Source: Acidimicrobiales bacterium (GTDB lineage Bacteria > Actinomycetota > Acidimicrobiia > Acidimicrobiales > Bog-793). Taken from it: a DNA stretch of 64,000 nt. The notes under the pieces were generated by a model, which searched no databases, had not been told where the DNA came from, and worked only from the letters and a program-made list of their open reading frames with translations. Of this stretch, positions 8,679 to 22,480 are shown one piece after another. Position numbers and translations under genes: made by a program. Numbering within the stretch: position 1 is the stretch's first letter; the number at the start of each line of letters is the position of its first letter. Location: positions 184 to 64,183 of the forward strand of contig DATLTN010000032.1 of NCBI GenBank assembly GCA_035533595.1, written 5' to 3'.

Positions 8679-9788
8679 TCAGCCCCGTCCGGCGCGCAAC
8701 GCGGCGAGGCCCGGGAGGTCGCCCTGCTCGATGAACTCGAGGGAGGCGCCGCCGCCCGTCGAGACGAAGTCGATCCTCTCGGCGAGGCCGTACTCGTCGA
8801 TCGCCGCCACCGAGTCGCCGCCGCCGACGACGGTGAAGCCGGGCGCGGCGGCGACCGCCTCCGCGACGGCGCGCGTCCCCGCGGCGAAGCGCTCGTCCTC
8901 GAAGACGCCCATCGGGCCGTTCCACAGCACCGTCTCGGCACCCGCCACCGCGGCGGCGAAGTGGGCCGCGCTCTCGGGGCCGATGTCGCGCCCCGACCAG
9001 CCGTCGGGGAGGTCGCTGCCGAAGGAGGAGACGGCGTCGTCGGGGCCGAGGGCGAGGGTGTCGGAGGGGAGGAGGACCTCGATCCCCGAGGCGAGGAGCG
9101 CCCTGCAGTCCTCCACGCGCGCCGGGTCGAGGAGCGAGGAGCCGACGGTGTGGCCGATGGCGGCGAGGAAGGTGTAGGCCATCCCGCCGCCGACGACGAG
9201 AGTGTCGACCTTCTCGGCGAGCGCCCGCAGCACCGCGAGCTTGTCGGCGATCTTCGCCCCGCCGACGACGGCGACGAAGGGGCGGCGCGGCTCGTTGAGC
9301 AGGCCGCCGAGGACCTCGACCTCGCGCGCCAGCAGGTAGCCGGCGGCGGAGGGGAGGAGGGCGGGGGGGCCGACCACCGAGGCATGCGCGCGGTGGCTCA
9401 CGCCGAAGGCGTCGTTCACGTAGCAGTCGTGGCCGGCGACGAGGCGTGCGACGAAGGCGGGGTCGTCCGCCTCCTCGCCCGGGTCGAAGCGGAGGTTCTC
9501 GAGGAGGGTGACCCCGGGCGCCAGCACGGCAAGGCGCTCGGCGACGGGCGCCACCCGGTAGCGCTCGTCGACCTTTCCCTCGGGACGGCCGAGGTGGGTG
9601 CAGGCCGTGACCGACGCGCCCTTGTCGATCAGGTACGCGAGGGTCGGGAGCGCTGCGTGGATGCGGAAGTCGTCGGCGACGACGCGCCGCCCGTCGCGCT
9701 CGGCGAGAGGGACGTTGAAGTCGACGCGCACGAGCACCGAGGCGCCCTCGAGGTGCGGGAGGTCCTCGAGCCGAGGGAGGGGCTGCAT
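8679..9788 (-). CDS. pgk: phosphoglycerate kinase
   Basis: RVDFNVP, THLGRP, LLENLRF, NDAFG, GGAK, WNGPMGVFE, STGGGASLE. Confidence 0.97.
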   Translation of the reverse strand: MQPLPRLEDLPHLEGASVLVRVDFNVPLAERDGRRVVADDFRIHAALPTLAYLIDKGASVTACTHLGRPEGKVDERYRVAPVAERLAVLAPGVTLLENLRFDPGEEADDPAFVARLVAGHDCYVNDAFGVSHRAHASVVGPPALLPSAAGYLLAREVEVLGGLLNEPRRPFVAVVGGAKIADKLAVLRALAEKVDTLVVGGGMAYTFLAAIGHTVGSSLLDPARVEDCRALLASGIEVLLPSDTLALGPDDAVSSFGSDLPDGWSGRDIGPESAAHFAAAVAGAETVLWNGPMGVFEDERFAAGTRAVAEAVAAAPGFTVVGGGDSVAAIDEYGLAERIDFVSTGGGASLEFIEQGDLPGLAALRAGRG

Positions 9789-9833
9789 CTCAGGTGGCGG
9801 TCGGCCGGCGCCGGGCCGCTCGGGTGAGCGGGC

Positions 9834-10853
<1,020 letters not shown>

Positions 10854-10964
10854 CTTCGTCACCGCCCGATCAGTCGGCCCTCTGGCCCGCTCCGGCTCCG
10901 TTGCCGGCGTGACAATCTGACTCGCCGCGGCGCCGGAACGCAACCATTGATGCCACGAGGTGTG

Positions 10965-11852
10965 TCAGCCCGTCACGAGGGCGGCGAGCGCCGCGGCGAG
11001 GAGCGCCTCGTCGTGCACCGCCCCCGAGGCGGCGGCGAGGGGGGCTTCGACGACGCAGCTGCGGCCGCCGAGCGCGCCGAGCGCGAGGCGGCTCGTGTCC
11101 GCGAGCACCACGTCGGGGACGACCCCGTGCGCCGCCAGCGCGGCGACGTGGGCGGCGACGTCGTAGCCGGTCGTCTCGGTCTGCTCGGCGAGGTTACCGA
11201 CGTAGACGACACGCGCCGGCGAGGCGGCGATCGCCTCCGTCATCCCCGCGGGGGCGAGGGCGGCGAGGATGCTCGTGTAGAGCGAGCCGGGGCCGAGCAC
11301 GAGCTGGTCGGCGCGGGCGATCGCCGCGAGCGCCTCGGGTGCGGCGGCGATCGCCGGCGGGTCGAGCGAGACGCGGCGGATCCCGGGGGTGCCCATGATC
11401 CGCACCTGCCCGGCGAGCTCGCCCTCGGCGGCCTGCGCGACGAGGGTCACCGGCTCCTCGGTGGCGGGGAGCACCCGCCCCACCGTGCCGAGCAGCGCGC
11501 AGGTCTCGGCGATCCCGCCGACGAAGCCGCCGCTCGCCGCGCTGAGCGCGGCGAGCAGGAGGTTGCCGAAGGCGTGCCCCTCGAGCTCGCCGCCGTGGAA
11601 GCGGTGCTCGAGGCTCTCGCCGAGCGGCGAGGGGCCCGGGAGGAGCGCCGTGATGCAGCGGCGGACGTCGCCCGGCGCGGGGATCCCGAGCGCTTCGCGC
11701 AGCCGCCCCGAGCTGCCGCCGTCGTCAGCGACCGAGACGATCGCCGAGATCTCCCCCGCGTAGCGGCGCGCCGCCCCGAGGCTGCGCGCCAGGCCGTGGC
11801 CGCCGCCGATCGCCACGACGCGGGGCCCGCCGGCGACGAGCCGGCCGCTCAA
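10965..11852 (-). CDS. yvcK: YvcK/CuvA family UDP-GlcNAc-binding gluconeogenesis factor
   Basis: GGGHGL, VADDGGSSGRLR, PGDVR, GHAFGNL, GPGSLYTS; overlaps the rapZ stop. Confidence 0.92.
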   Translation of the reverse strand: MSGRLVAGGPRVVAIGGGHGLARSLGAARRYAGEISAIVSVADDGGSSGRLREALGIPAPGDVRRCITALLPGPSPLGESLEHRFHGGELEGHAFGNLLLAALSAASGGFVGGIAETCALLGTVGRVLPATEEPVTLVAQAAEGELAGQVRIMGTPGIRRVSLDPPAIAAAPEALAAIARADQLVLGPGSLYTSILAALAPAGMTEAIAASPARVVYVGNLAEQTETTGYDVAAHVAALAAHGVVPDVVLADTSRLALGALGGRSCVVEAPLAAASGAVHDEALLAAALAALVTG

Positions 11853-12703
11853 CGGTCGATGTCCCGGTGGTGCACCGTCGGGTGGTAACCCTCGCCGGCG
11901 ATCGTCTCGGCGAGGGCCTCGGCGACGGCGACCGAGCGGTGGCGGCCACCGGTGCAGCCGATCGCGATCGAGAGGTAGGACTTCCCCTCCTTCGCGTAGT
12001 TCGGGAGGAGGAAGGTGAGCAGCCCGCCGATGCGTTGCAGGAACTCGACCGCCTCCGGCTGGTCGAGGACGTAGCGGCGGACCTCCTCGTCGAGGCCGCT
12101 CTTCGGCCGCAGCTCCTCGATCCAGTAGGGGTTGGGGAGGAAGCGGCAGTCGAGGACGAGGTCGACGTCGAGGGGGAGGCCGTGCTTGTAGCCAAAGGAG
12201 ACGACCGTCGTCTCCATCGCCCCCGCCGCCTCGCTCCCGCTGAAGAGCTCGACGAGGCGGGCGCGCAGCTCGTTGGTGTTGAGGTCGCTCGTGTCGAGGG
12301 TGACGTCGGCCCCCTGGCGCAGCTCGGAAAAGAGCTCCCGCTCGGCGCGGATCGCGTCGAGGACCCCCTGGCCCTCCACGGGATGGCGGCGGCGCGTCCC
12401 CTCGAAGCGGCGGACGAGCACCTCGTCGGAGGCGTCGAGGAAGAGCAGCCGGACGCGCGCCCCCGTCGCCCGCAACGCCTCGACCGCGGGGACGAGCTCG
12501 CTCACCGACTCGGCACCGCCGCGGCCGGCGACGAAGCAGAAGCGCTCGAGCTCGGAGTCGCCGTGCACCGCGATCTCCGCGACGCGCCCGAGGAGCGCCG
12601 GCGGGAGGCCGTCGATGACGAACCAGCCGAGGTCCTCGAGGGTGGCCGCCGCCGTCGAGCGCCCCGCGCCGGAGAGGCCCGTCACGATCAGGTACTCGGC
12701 CAC
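11849..12703 (-). CDS. rapZ: RNase adapter RapZ (YvcJ) P-loop NTPase
   Basis: TGLSGAGRS, TRRRHP, SFGYKHG, DCRFLPNPY, GCTGGRHRSV; GTG at 12703 with RBS. Confidence 0.95.
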   Translation of the reverse strand: MAEYLIVTGLSGAGRSTAAATLEDLGWFVIDGLPPALLGRVAEIAVHGDSELERFCFVAGRGGAESVSELVPAVEALRATGARVRLLFLDASDEVLVRRFEGTRRRHPVEGQGVLDAIRAERELFSELRQGADVTLDTSDLNTNELRARLVELFSGSEAAGAMETTVVSFGYKHGLPLDVDLVLDCRFLPNPYWIEELRPKSGLDEEVRRYVLDQPEAVEFLQRIGGLLTFLLPNYAKEGKSYLSIAIGCTGGRHRSVAVAEALAETIAGEGYHPTVHHRDIDR

Positions 12704-12800
12704 ACCGTCGTCCTCCCCTCGAGAGCCGCTGCGCTCAAGGCTGCCACGCCAGCGGCGCGCCGGCCGCAGCGGGCGCGGCGAGGGCGCCCGCGCGCGCCGC

Positions 12801-13547
12801 TCAGCGGCGGGGGCGGTGCTCGAAGCGCATCGCCAACAGCCGCGGGATCGCCCCCTCGAGGGCGGGGTCGACCGAGCCGGCGAGGAACTCCGGGAGCGGC
12901 GGCGGCTCGTGCATCTCGACGAGCAGCAGGTCGAGGGCGGCAAGGGGGTTGAGGTAGCGCGAGAGGGGGCGGTGGGCGAAGGGGATCGCCACGCCGGCGT
13001 CCACCTGCTCCACGGTGACCTGCTCGGAGAGGTAGGGGCCCACCCGCCAGTAGTGCTCGTCGAGGATCTGGTCGTCGACGAAGCCGCTGCCGGGCCCCTG
13101 GTACATCGGGTGGTTGACGAGCAGCAGCAGCGTGCCGCCGGGCACGAGGACGCGGGCGACCTCGCCGAGCAGGGCGTCGGGGTCGTCGCTGTGCTCGATC
13201 GCCAGGCAGCAGACGACGCCGCCGAGGCTGCCGCCGGCGAAGGGGAGGGCCTCGCCCGCCCCGCAGACGAGGCGCGGCCCGCCCCCCTCGGCGCGGGCGT
13301 TGTCGAGCTGCGCGCGCGAGGGGTCGAGGCCGACGACCGCCGGCCCGGCGGCGGCGAGCGCGCGCGCCACCTGCCCCTCCCCACAGCCGAGGTCGAGCAC
13401 CAGCCCGAGGCCGCCGAGCTCGGCGGTGACGAGGGGGAGGATCTCCCGCTCGTACTCGATGTCGGCGCCGTGGGTGAAGGTCTTCTTCCACCAGCCGGCG
13501 TGCTCGTCCCACAGCGCCGCCCCGGATGGCGGCGGGCGCTCGCTCAC
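12801..13547 (-). CDS. class I SAM-dependent methyltransferase
   Basis: VLDLGCGEG motif; GTGA overlap with the uvrC stop. Confidence 0.85.
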   Translation of the reverse strand: MSERPPPSGAALWDEHAGWWKKTFTHGADIEYEREILPLVTAELGGLGLVLDLGCGEGQVARALAAAGPAVVGLDPSRAQLDNARAEGGGPRLVCGAGEALPFAGGSLGGVVCCLAIEHSDDPDALLGEVARVLVPGGTLLLLVNHPMYQGPGSGFVDDQILDEHYWRVGPYLSEQVTVEQVDAGVAIPFAHRPLSRYLNPLAALDLLLVEMHEPPPLPEFLAGSVDPALEGAIPRLLAMRFEHRPRR

Positions 13548-15415
13548 GCCGCGCCGATCGGGGCGAGCTCGCGGCCGTGCAACCGTGCGTAGAGGGCGCG
13601 GGCGACGGGCTCGGGGAGCCACTCGAGGGCGAGCAGCTCCTCGAGCGCCGCGGCGCGCACCTTGCGCACCCCGCCGAGCTCGCGCACGAGGCGCTCGCGG
13701 CGCTTCGGGCCGAGGCCGGGGACGCCGTCGAGGGCGCCGGTCGTCATGCGCTTGCCGCGCAGCTCGCGGTGGAAGGTGATCGCGAAGCGGTGCGCCTCGT
13801 CGCGGATCTGCTGCAGCAGGTAGATCGCCTCGGAGTCGCGGGGGATGCGGATCGGCTCGGGGCGACCGGGGACGAAGACCTCCTCGAACTGCTTGGCGAG
13901 CGAGGCGAGCGAGAAGCGCCCCTCGAGGCCGAGCTCGGCGACGACCTCCTCCCCCACCCCGAGCTGGCCCTTGCCGCCGTCGATGAGCAGCAGGTTCGGG
14001 GGGTAGGCGAAACGGGTCGGCCGGCCGTCGGTGGCGCGCGGCGCCTCGTCGAGGCGCTTCAGCCGCCGCGAGAGCACCTCGTGCATCGCCCCGTAGTCGT
14101 CGTTTCCGGCGACGCTCGTGACCTTGAAGCGGCGGTAGTCGCTGCGCTTGGGGAGGCCGTCCTCCATCACCACCATCGAGCCGACGTAGTCGCTCCCCTG
14201 CAGGTGGCTCATGTCGTAGCACTCGATGCGCAGCGGGGCGTCGGGGAGGCCGAGGTAGCTCTGCAGCTCGTCGAGGGCGCGCGCCCTCGAGGAGAGGTCC
14301 GTCGCCCGCCGCAGGCGGTGGCGGGCGAGCTGCTCGGTGGCGTTGCGCGTCGCCACCTCGAGAAGGGCGCGCTTGCGCCCCCGCTGCGGCACGGCGATCG
14401 TCACCTTCTGCCCGCGCCGCTCGGCGAGCCACTCCTCGTAGGTCGCCGCCTCCTCGGGGAGCTCGGGGACGAGCACCTGGCGGGGGAGGCTGAGCGGCGT
14501 CTCCGCGTAGTGGGTCTCGAGGATCCGCCCGACGAGCTCGGGGGTGGCGACCGGCTCGACCTTCTCGAGGATGAAGCCGTCGCGCCCGACGACCCGGCCG
14601 CGGCGGACGTGCAGCACCTGCACCGCCGCCTCCAGCTCCTCCTCGGTGACGCCGACGACGTCGAGGTCCTCCCCGGCGTCGACGACCATCTCCTGGCGCT
14701 CCGAGGCGAGGCGCACGGACTCCAGCTGGTCGCGCAGGTGGGCGGCCTGCTCGAACTCGAGGGCCTCCGCGGCGGCCTGCATCTCGACCTCGAGGCGGTC
14801 GATGAGCGGCTTGGTCTCGCCCTCGAGAAAGGCCATCAGGTCCTCGACGAGGCCCCGGTAGACCTCGTCCGCGACGGCGCCGACGCAGGGCCCCGAGCAG
14901 CGCTCGATGTGGAACAGCAGGCAGGGGCGGCCGAGGCGCTCGTGGCGGCCGAATTTCGCGTTCGTGCAGGTCCGGATGGGGAACGAGCGCAGCAGCTGGT
15001 CGAGGGTCTCGCGGATCGCGTAGGCGTGCGCGTAGGGGCCGAAGTAGCGGTTGCCCTTGCGCTTCGCGCCGCGCATCACCATCGCGCGCGGGAAGCGCTC
15101 GTCCACGGTGACCGCCAGGTAGGGGTAGCTCTTGTCGTCGACGAGGCGGATGTTGAAGCGCGGCCGGTGCGCCTTGATGAGGTTGTACTCGAGCATGATC
15201 GCCTCGACGTCGGAGCGGACCTGGATCCACTCGACCGAGGCAGCGCTCGCCACCATCTGTGCCGTCCGGGGGTGCAGCTGGGCGGGGTTGACGAAGTAGT
15301 TGGAGAGGCGGCTGCGCAGCGAGCGCGCCTTGCCGACGTAGATCACGCGCCCGTCCGCGTCCTTGAACTGGTAGGAGCCGGGGCTGTCGGGGATGTGCTC
15401 GGGGCGGCTGAGCAT
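13544..15415 (-). CDS. uvrC: excinuclease ABC subunit C
   Basis: GIY-YIG (IYVGKA), FGPY, RIECYDMSH, LIDGGKGQL, RDEAHRFA and HhH motifs. Confidence 0.97.
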   Translation of the reverse strand: MLSRPEHIPDSPGSYQFKDADGRVIYVGKARSLRSRLSNYFVNPAQLHPRTAQMVASAASVEWIQVRSDVEAIMLEYNLIKAHRPRFNIRLVDDKSYPYLAVTVDERFPRAMVMRGAKRKGNRYFGPYAHAYAIRETLDQLLRSFPIRTCTNAKFGRHERLGRPCLLFHIERCSGPCVGAVADEVYRGLVEDLMAFLEGETKPLIDRLEVEMQAAAEALEFEQAAHLRDQLESVRLASERQEMVVDAGEDLDVVGVTEEELEAAVQVLHVRRGRVVGRDGFILEKVEPVATPELVGRILETHYAETPLSLPRQVLVPELPEEAATYEEWLAERRGQKVTIAVPQRGRKRALLEVATRNATEQLARHRLRRATDLSSRARALDELQSYLGLPDAPLRIECYDMSHLQGSDYVGSMVVMEDGLPKRSDYRRFKVTSVAGNDDYGAMHEVLSRRLKRLDEAPRATDGRPTRFAYPPNLLLIDGGKGQLGVGEEVVAELGLEGRFSLASLAKQFEEVFVPGRPEPIRIPRDSEAIYLLQQIRDEAHRFAITFHRELRGKRMTTGALDGVPGLGPKRRERLVRELGGVRKVRAAALEELLALEWLPEPVARALYARLHGRELAPIGAA

Positions 15416-15515
15416 CCCCCCGACGATAGGGCGCGGCGCCCTCACCCGGGGGCGCCGGCGGGCTCACCGCCAGCCCGGAGGGGCCCTTTCGGCGGCGTGT
15501 CGGTAGCGTGAGGTG

Positions 15516-16445
15516 ATGGCCAGCGCGCACGGTGGTCGCGGGGCCCTGCCGGAAGTCCCCGACGACCTCGACGCCGCCCTCGCCCGCTACTTCGGGGACG
15601 AGGGGCGCGCCTTCTCCGAGGCGCTCCCCGCCCGCGTCACCGCCCTCGCCGACCGCTGGTCCCTCGAGCTCGGCGAGCCGCTCACCGGGGCGCGCACCGC
15701 CTTCGTCGCCCCCTGCCGCCGCCCCGACGGCACGAGCGCGGTGCTGCGCGTCGCCTTCCCCGAGCAGCACCCCGCCGGCGAGGCCGCCGCCCTCTCGGCC
15801 TGGGGGGGCGAGGGCTCGGTGCGCCTCCTCGAGCACGACGAGGGGGAGCGGGCGCTCCTCGTCGAGCGCTGCCTCCCGGGCACCCACCTGTCGGCAGGCG
15901 AGGCAGCCGACTCGGTGCTCGCGATCGGCGCCCGCCTGCTGCGCCGCCTCTGGCGCCGCGGCCCGGGGAACGGCCCCTACCTGCGCCTCGAGGCGCTCGC
16001 CGGCCGGCGCGCCGGCGAGGCCGAGGAGCGCCGCGAGCGCCTCCCGAGGGCGATGGACGCGACCCTCGTCGACGAGGGCATCGCGCTCTGGCGCGAGCTC
16101 CCGCAAAGCGGCGGCGAGCTGCTCCTGCACGGCGACCTGCAGCCCCGCAACATCCTCGCCGCGGCGCGCGAGCCGTGGCTCGTGATCGACCCGAAGCCCC
16201 TCCTCGGCGACCCCGCCTACGAGCCCGTCCCCCTCGTCCTCGAGGCGGGGGGCACCGCCGAGGGGCCGGAGATCGCCCGTCGGGTGCGCGCCGTCAGCGG
16301 GCCACTCGCCCTCGAACCGGCGCGCGTCGCCGCCTGGGGCGTCGCCCGCAGCGTCGACTGGGCGCTCTTCCTCGCTGAGCGCGGCGACCCCGCGGGCTCC
16401 GGGCAGGCGGCGGCGGCGGCGCGCGCCTTCGCCGCGCTGCTCTGA
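15516..16445 (+). CDS. aminoglycoside/hydroxyurea phosphotransferase family (APH(6)-like kinase)
   Basis: LLHGDLQPRNIL and IDPKPLLGDPAYE motifs. Confidence 0.8.
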   Translation: MASAHGGRGALPEVPDDLDAALARYFGDEGRAFSEALPARVTALADRWSLELGEPLTGARTAFVAPCRRPDGTSAVLRVAFPEQHPAGEAAALSAWGGEGSVRLLEHDEGERALLVERCLPGTHLSAGEAADSVLAIGARLLRRLWRRGPGNGPYLRLEALAGRRAGEAEERRERLPRAMDATLVDEGIALWRELPQSGGELLLHGDLQPRNILAAAREPWLVIDPKPLLGDPAYEPVPLVLEAGGTAEGPEIARRVRAVSGPLALEPARVAAWGVARSVDWALFLAERGDPAGSGQAAAAARAFAALL

Positions 16446-16452
16446 GGGCCGC

Positions 16453-17247
16453 TCAGCCGCCGACGCCCTCGCGGGTGATCGGGTGCGCGCCGCCGGAGAC
16501 GAAGAGCTCCTGGCCGGTGGTGAAGGCGGCGAGCTCGGAGGCGAGGAAGAGGCAGGCATTGGCGACCTCGGCGGTGCCGCCGAGGCGCCCCATCGGGACG
16601 TTGCGGGTCCGCCCGCCGACGTCGAGGGCGGGGCCGTAGAGCGCCACCTCGCCGCGCACGGTGTCGATGAAGCCGGGGACGACGACGTTCGCGGTGACCC
16701 CCGCGGCGGCGAACTCGAAGGCGAGCGCGCGCGCCAAGCCGACGACCGCGAGCTTGCTCGAGAGCACCGCGACGCGCTCGCGCTGGCCGATGTAGGAGCT
16801 GATCCCGCCGATGAAGACGAGCCTCCCCCACCCCGCCTCGACCATCGCCGGCAGCAGCGCCTGGCTGAGGAGGAAGGCGCCGCGCACGTTCACCGCGAAG
16901 ACCTCGTCCCAGGTCGCGGCGGCCGTCCCGCCGACGGGGGTCTGCGGGCGGATCGCGGCGTTGTGCACCACCACGTCGACCCGGCCGTAGCGGGCGAGCA
17001 GCTCCGCCCCGAGGCGCTCCGGGCCCTCGGGGTCGGCGAGGTCGAGGGCGAAGCCGTCCGCGTCGCCACCGGCCTCGCGCACCGCCGCGCTCGTCTCCTC
17101 GAGTGCCTCGGCTCCCCGCCGCGAGGTGAGGGCGAGGCTCGCCCCCGCGCGCGCGAAGGCGACCGCGGTGGCGCGGCCGATGTTGCGCTGCGCGCCGGTG
17201 ACGAGGACCACCTTCCCCGAGATCCCCGCCGGCTGGACGGCGCTCAC
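16453..17247 (-). CDS. short-chain dehydrogenase/reductase
   Basis: TGAQRNIG, HNAA, VVPGFIDT, FLASELAAFTTGQ. Confidence 0.88.
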   Translation of the reverse strand: MSAVQPAGISGKVVLVTGAQRNIGRATAVAFARAGASLALTSRRGAEALEETSAAVREAGGDADGFALDLADPEGPERLGAELLARYGRVDVVVHNAAIRPQTPVGGTAAATWDEVFAVNVRGAFLLSQALLPAMVEAGWGRLVFIGGISSYIGQRERVAVLSSKLAVVGLARALAFEFAAAGVTANVVVPGFIDTVRGEVALYGPALDVGGRTRNVPMGRLGGTAEVANACLFLASELAAFTTGQELFVSGGAHPITREGVGG

Positions 17248-18635
17248 CGGCCCACCAGCGCGCCCTGCAGCGGCGCGAGGTCCCGCAGCGTCTCGATCCC
17301 CGAGCAGAGCTCGACGACGTGGCGCGCCGCGGGGGCGCCGAGCGCCCCCGAGAGCAGGTCGGCGGCCTTCACCGCCACCTCCTCGAAGGACATCGGGTCG
17401 GCGGGGGTACCGCGCACCGCCCGCACGTCCTCTTTGAGGGTGCTGCCGTCGCGGCGCCGCACCCTCAGCAGCGCGGCGCGCGTGCCGCGCAGCGACTCGT
17501 CGGGGACGAGCGTGATGCGCGCCATCACGGCGCGTATCTCGGGCGATGCGAGGCGCTCCGCGTCGTGCGCCATGCGCATCGAGAAGGCGCCGTCGACGAG
17601 CGTGCCCGCCAGCAGGTACTGGGCGTTGACGTTCGGCATCTTGCGGTCGTTCACGACGACCAGCCCCTCGGGGGCGAGGTGCACGGCGACCTCCTCGGTC
17701 TCCTCGGCCGTCAGCCCCCGGCCGATCAGGGTGACCATCGCCTCCACGGCGGCCTGGGAGGGCGAGCCGACGGCGTACTTCTTCACCGTCGCCCCCATCA
17801 CCCCGAAGTCGCTCCCGAGGCCGGCGACGAGGCCGCCGCGCTCGGCGCCGGGGTGCGCGGCCTCCAGCCAGTTCGGCGAGGAGGAGAAGACGTCCTCGAC
17901 GCCGTCGCAGCCCGCGGCGACGAGGCTCGTCGCCAACAGGGCATTGGAGGCGGGCATCCCCGCAAAGACGAAGGCCTTCTCGACGTGGTGGGTGTCGCGC
18001 ACCCAGGTCGTCACCCCCGAGGCGAGGTCGGCGGCGTAGGAGAGGAGGTGGCGGACCTGGGTCTCGTCGAGGCCCGCCGCGGCGGCGGCGGCGGCGGTGG
18101 CGGCGAAGGTGCCGATCACCGGGTGGCTCGCCCAGCGGCCGGCGTCGCGGTGCTGCTCGGCCGAGCGCACCGTCGCCCCGACGCGCGCCGCGACGTCGTA
18201 GCCGACGACGACCGCCCGCAGCAGCGTCGCCCCCGAGGCCCCCGCCGCCTCCGCGGCGGCGAGCGCGGCGGGGAGCACCGAGCAGCCGGGGTGGGTGAGC
18301 GAGGCCTGGTGGCTGTCGTCGGTCTCGTCGGCGTGCGCGGCCATCCCGTTGGCGAGCGCCGCGGCGAACGGCGCGGCGCGGCGCGAGGTGCCGAGCACCG
18401 TCGCCGGCCCCACGGCGGGGGCGGTCGCCTCCAGCCAGGCGAGCCCGCGCTGGCCGGCCTCGAGGGACCGCCCCGAGACGGCGGAGGCGAGCGAGTCGAG
18501 GAGGTGCATCCGCCCCCGCTCGGCGACCTCGGCCGGCAGCTCGCGCCCGGGGGCGCTCGCGATGTGGCGGGCCAAGGCGAACGTCTCGGGACTCACCTCG
18601 TCAGGGACGGCCTCTTCGTGGACGGCGTCGTCCAT
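17244..18635 (-). CDS. MmgE/PrpD family protein
   Basis: ANGMAAHADETDD, HPG, GYDV, KKYAVG, RGTPADPM. Confidence 0.9.
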   Translation of the reverse strand: MDDAVHEEAVPDEVSPETFALARHIASAPGRELPAEVAERGRMHLLDSLASAVSGRSLEAGQRGLAWLEATAPAVGPATVLGTSRRAAPFAAALANGMAAHADETDDSHQASLTHPGCSVLPAALAAAEAAGASGATLLRAVVVGYDVAARVGATVRSAEQHRDAGRWASHPVIGTFAATAAAAAAAGLDETQVRHLLSYAADLASGVTTWVRDTHHVEKAFVFAGMPASNALLATSLVAAGCDGVEDVFSSSPNWLEAAHPGAERGGLVAGLGSDFGVMGATVKKYAVGSPSQAAVEAMVTLIGRGLTAEETEEVAVHLAPEGLVVVNDRKMPNVNAQYLLAGTLVDGAFSMRMAHDAERLASPEIRAVMARITLVPDESLRGTRAALLRVRRRDGSTLKEDVRAVRGTPADPMSFEEVAVKAADLLSGALGAPAARHVVELCSGIETLRDLAPLQGALVGR

Positions 18636-18690
18636 CGCTCCCCCTCCCGCCGGCGGCAGTGCCGCCGGCTCACCCTGGTGAATAGTTGGG

Positions 18691-19446
18691 TCAGTAGTAG
18701 ATCGCGCGGGGCGAGCCCCCGCCGGCCGCGATCAGGTCGCCGCTGATCGCCACGCCGCGGGGCGAGGCGAGGAAGCAGACGACGTCGGCGACCTCGGTGG
18801 CGTCGACCATGTGGCCGATGATGTTGCCGGTGAAGGGCGTCCCGTCGTCGGGGGCCGTCGCCTCGGTGCGGGTGGTGCCGGGGTGCACGACGGTGACGTT
18901 GATCCCGAAGGGGCCGAGCGCGTCGGCGAGGTTCTTCGTCATCGCCACCACCGCGACGTTGCGCATCGAGCCGATGATCGTCCCGGTCTGGCGGGCCGCC
19001 ATGCCGCTGATGTTCACGATCCGCCCCCAGCCGTTCGACTTCATGTGCGGCGCCACCTGCTGTACGACGCGCAGGTAGCCCATCACCTTCACGTTCATGT
19101 GGTCGAAGAACTCCTCCTCGGTGAGCTCGTCGTACTTGGGGGGGGGCGCTTGGCCGCCGGGGCGCGCGGCGGCGTTCACGAGGATGTCGATCCCGCCGAG
19201 GGCCTCGGCGGCCGCGGCCACCATCTGGGTCACCGAATCGTTGGAGGAGGTGTCGACGGTGAAGGGGACGATGCGGCGCCCGGTGAGCTCGGCGAGCTCC
19301 TTGGCGGCCGCGTCGAGGCGCCCCTGGTCACGTGCTGCGATCGCGACGTCCGCCCCCTCGAGGGCGAGCTGGCGGGCGACGGCCTTGCCGATCCCCCTGC
19401 TGCCGCCGGTGACGAGGGCGCGCTTTGCTTCCAGTCCGAGATCCAT
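18691..19446 (-). CDS. short-chain dehydrogenase/reductase
   Basis: TGGSRGIG, LVNAA, GRIVNISG, HPGTTRT. Confidence 0.9.
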   Translation of the reverse strand: MDLGLEAKRALVTGGSRGIGKAVARQLALEGADVAIAARDQGRLDAAAKELAELTGRRIVPFTVDTSSNDSVTQMVAAAAEALGGIDILVNAAARPGGQAPPPKYDELTEEEFFDHMNVKVMGYLRVVQQVAPHMKSNGWGRIVNISGMAARQTGTIIGSMRNVAVVAMTKNLADALGPFGINVTVVHPGTTRTEATAPDDGTPFTGNIIGHMVDATEVADVVCFLASPRGVAISGDLIAAGGGSPRAIYY

Positions 19447-19527
19447 CGGTCTCCTCCTCAGCTCACGACCTGTCGAGAAGCTATAGGGCGCGCCCGCCCC
19501 GGCGCCCGGGCGGCGCGCCCGCCGGGG

Positions 19528-22413
<2,886 letters not shown>

Positions 22414-22480
22414 GTCCAGGGGCGAGACTATCGGTGCGCCGCCGCCCACCGGGAGGGCTCCCGGGGGCTCGCTCGGCCGT

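Noticed and set aside
12801-16559. 1252-aa ORF spanning methyltransferase, uvrC and the kinase region
   Set aside because: Only the last about 249 codons are a real gene. The rest is an off-frame or antisense read-through typical of very high GC.
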